Assembly: GCF_963676685.1 (NCBI RefSeq)
Contig: NC_092355.1
Coordinates: forward strand, 15,624,001 to 15,688,000
Direction: 5' to 3'
DNA: 64,000 nucleotides
Origin: Mytilus edulis
Lineage: Eukaryota
A program made the translations under genes and the position numbers. The notes beneath the pieces are model-generated. The model searched no databases. It was not told the origin of the DNA and saw only the letters and a list, made by a program, of their open reading frames with translations. Below are positions 63,598 through 64,000 of the stretch, piece by piece; the first letter of the stretch is position 1, and the number at the start of each line of letters is the position of its first letter.

Positions 63598-64000
63598 TAT
63601 GTTCTATGAATAACACTGATGTAGTTTCCTTATTTCTGGAAAATCCTTGTTTTGTAATAAAATATTGCAGTCTGAAAACCTAGCTATAATGTTTAATTAC
63701 AAACTTATTTAGTGATTATATGAAATGAAGATAAAAATATAATAGTTACAACGGTTATTTACAATTATGAAAATCTATCTTGGTTTTCTTGAAATTAAAA
63801 AATATTTTTGAACATGATGGGTAGCTGCCATTGAATGAAAACTCTCTAAAGTTGACTATCCTAAATAAAATACATACTTCTAAGTAAGGACCTATAAACA
63901 TCAATATGGTTTAACATTTTTTGGAGGAAAATTGTTGGAAAATGATTTCCCCAATTGTTTCACTGTACATTTACTAGAATTTTATTGTATCATAATGAAA

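Overview
AT-rich, repeat-dense animal genomic DNA. The repeat families and gene style suggest a bivalve mollusc, probably Mytilus-like (inference). There are no prokaryotic features. Main contents: (1) A young, structurally complete 4.8-kb Ty3/Gypsy-type LTR retroelement (17527-22349). It has 1140-bp LTRs with about 5 mismatches, an ATAT target-site duplication (TSD) and a polypurine tract. It encodes only an intact Gag, with no pol; in place of pol it carries an ABABABAB array of 8 repeats whose stem shows a compensatory base change. This is the best candidate for an undescribed system. (2) A spliced minus-strand host gene (24782-33442, at least 8 exons) that the ORF track largely misses. It encodes a type I membrane protein with a signal peptide, a Cys-rich C-type-lectin/WSC-like ectodomain, a TM helix and an ITIM-like tail; exon 2 looks damaged. 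(3) Minimal hammerhead ribozymes and a retrozyme-like monomer. (4) Three Penelope-like RT relics and one CR1/L2-type LINE relic. (5) Many non-autonomous DNA transposons with readable TSDs (hAT, Kolobok-like, PIF/Harbinger, AcademH-like, and an unclassified TGT..ACA/4-bp type) plus Helentron-like elements. (6) A ~14-kb block of 28-36-bp satellites (49.4-63 kb) with higher-order repeats. All coordinates and counts were read by eye, and family assignments need database confirmation.
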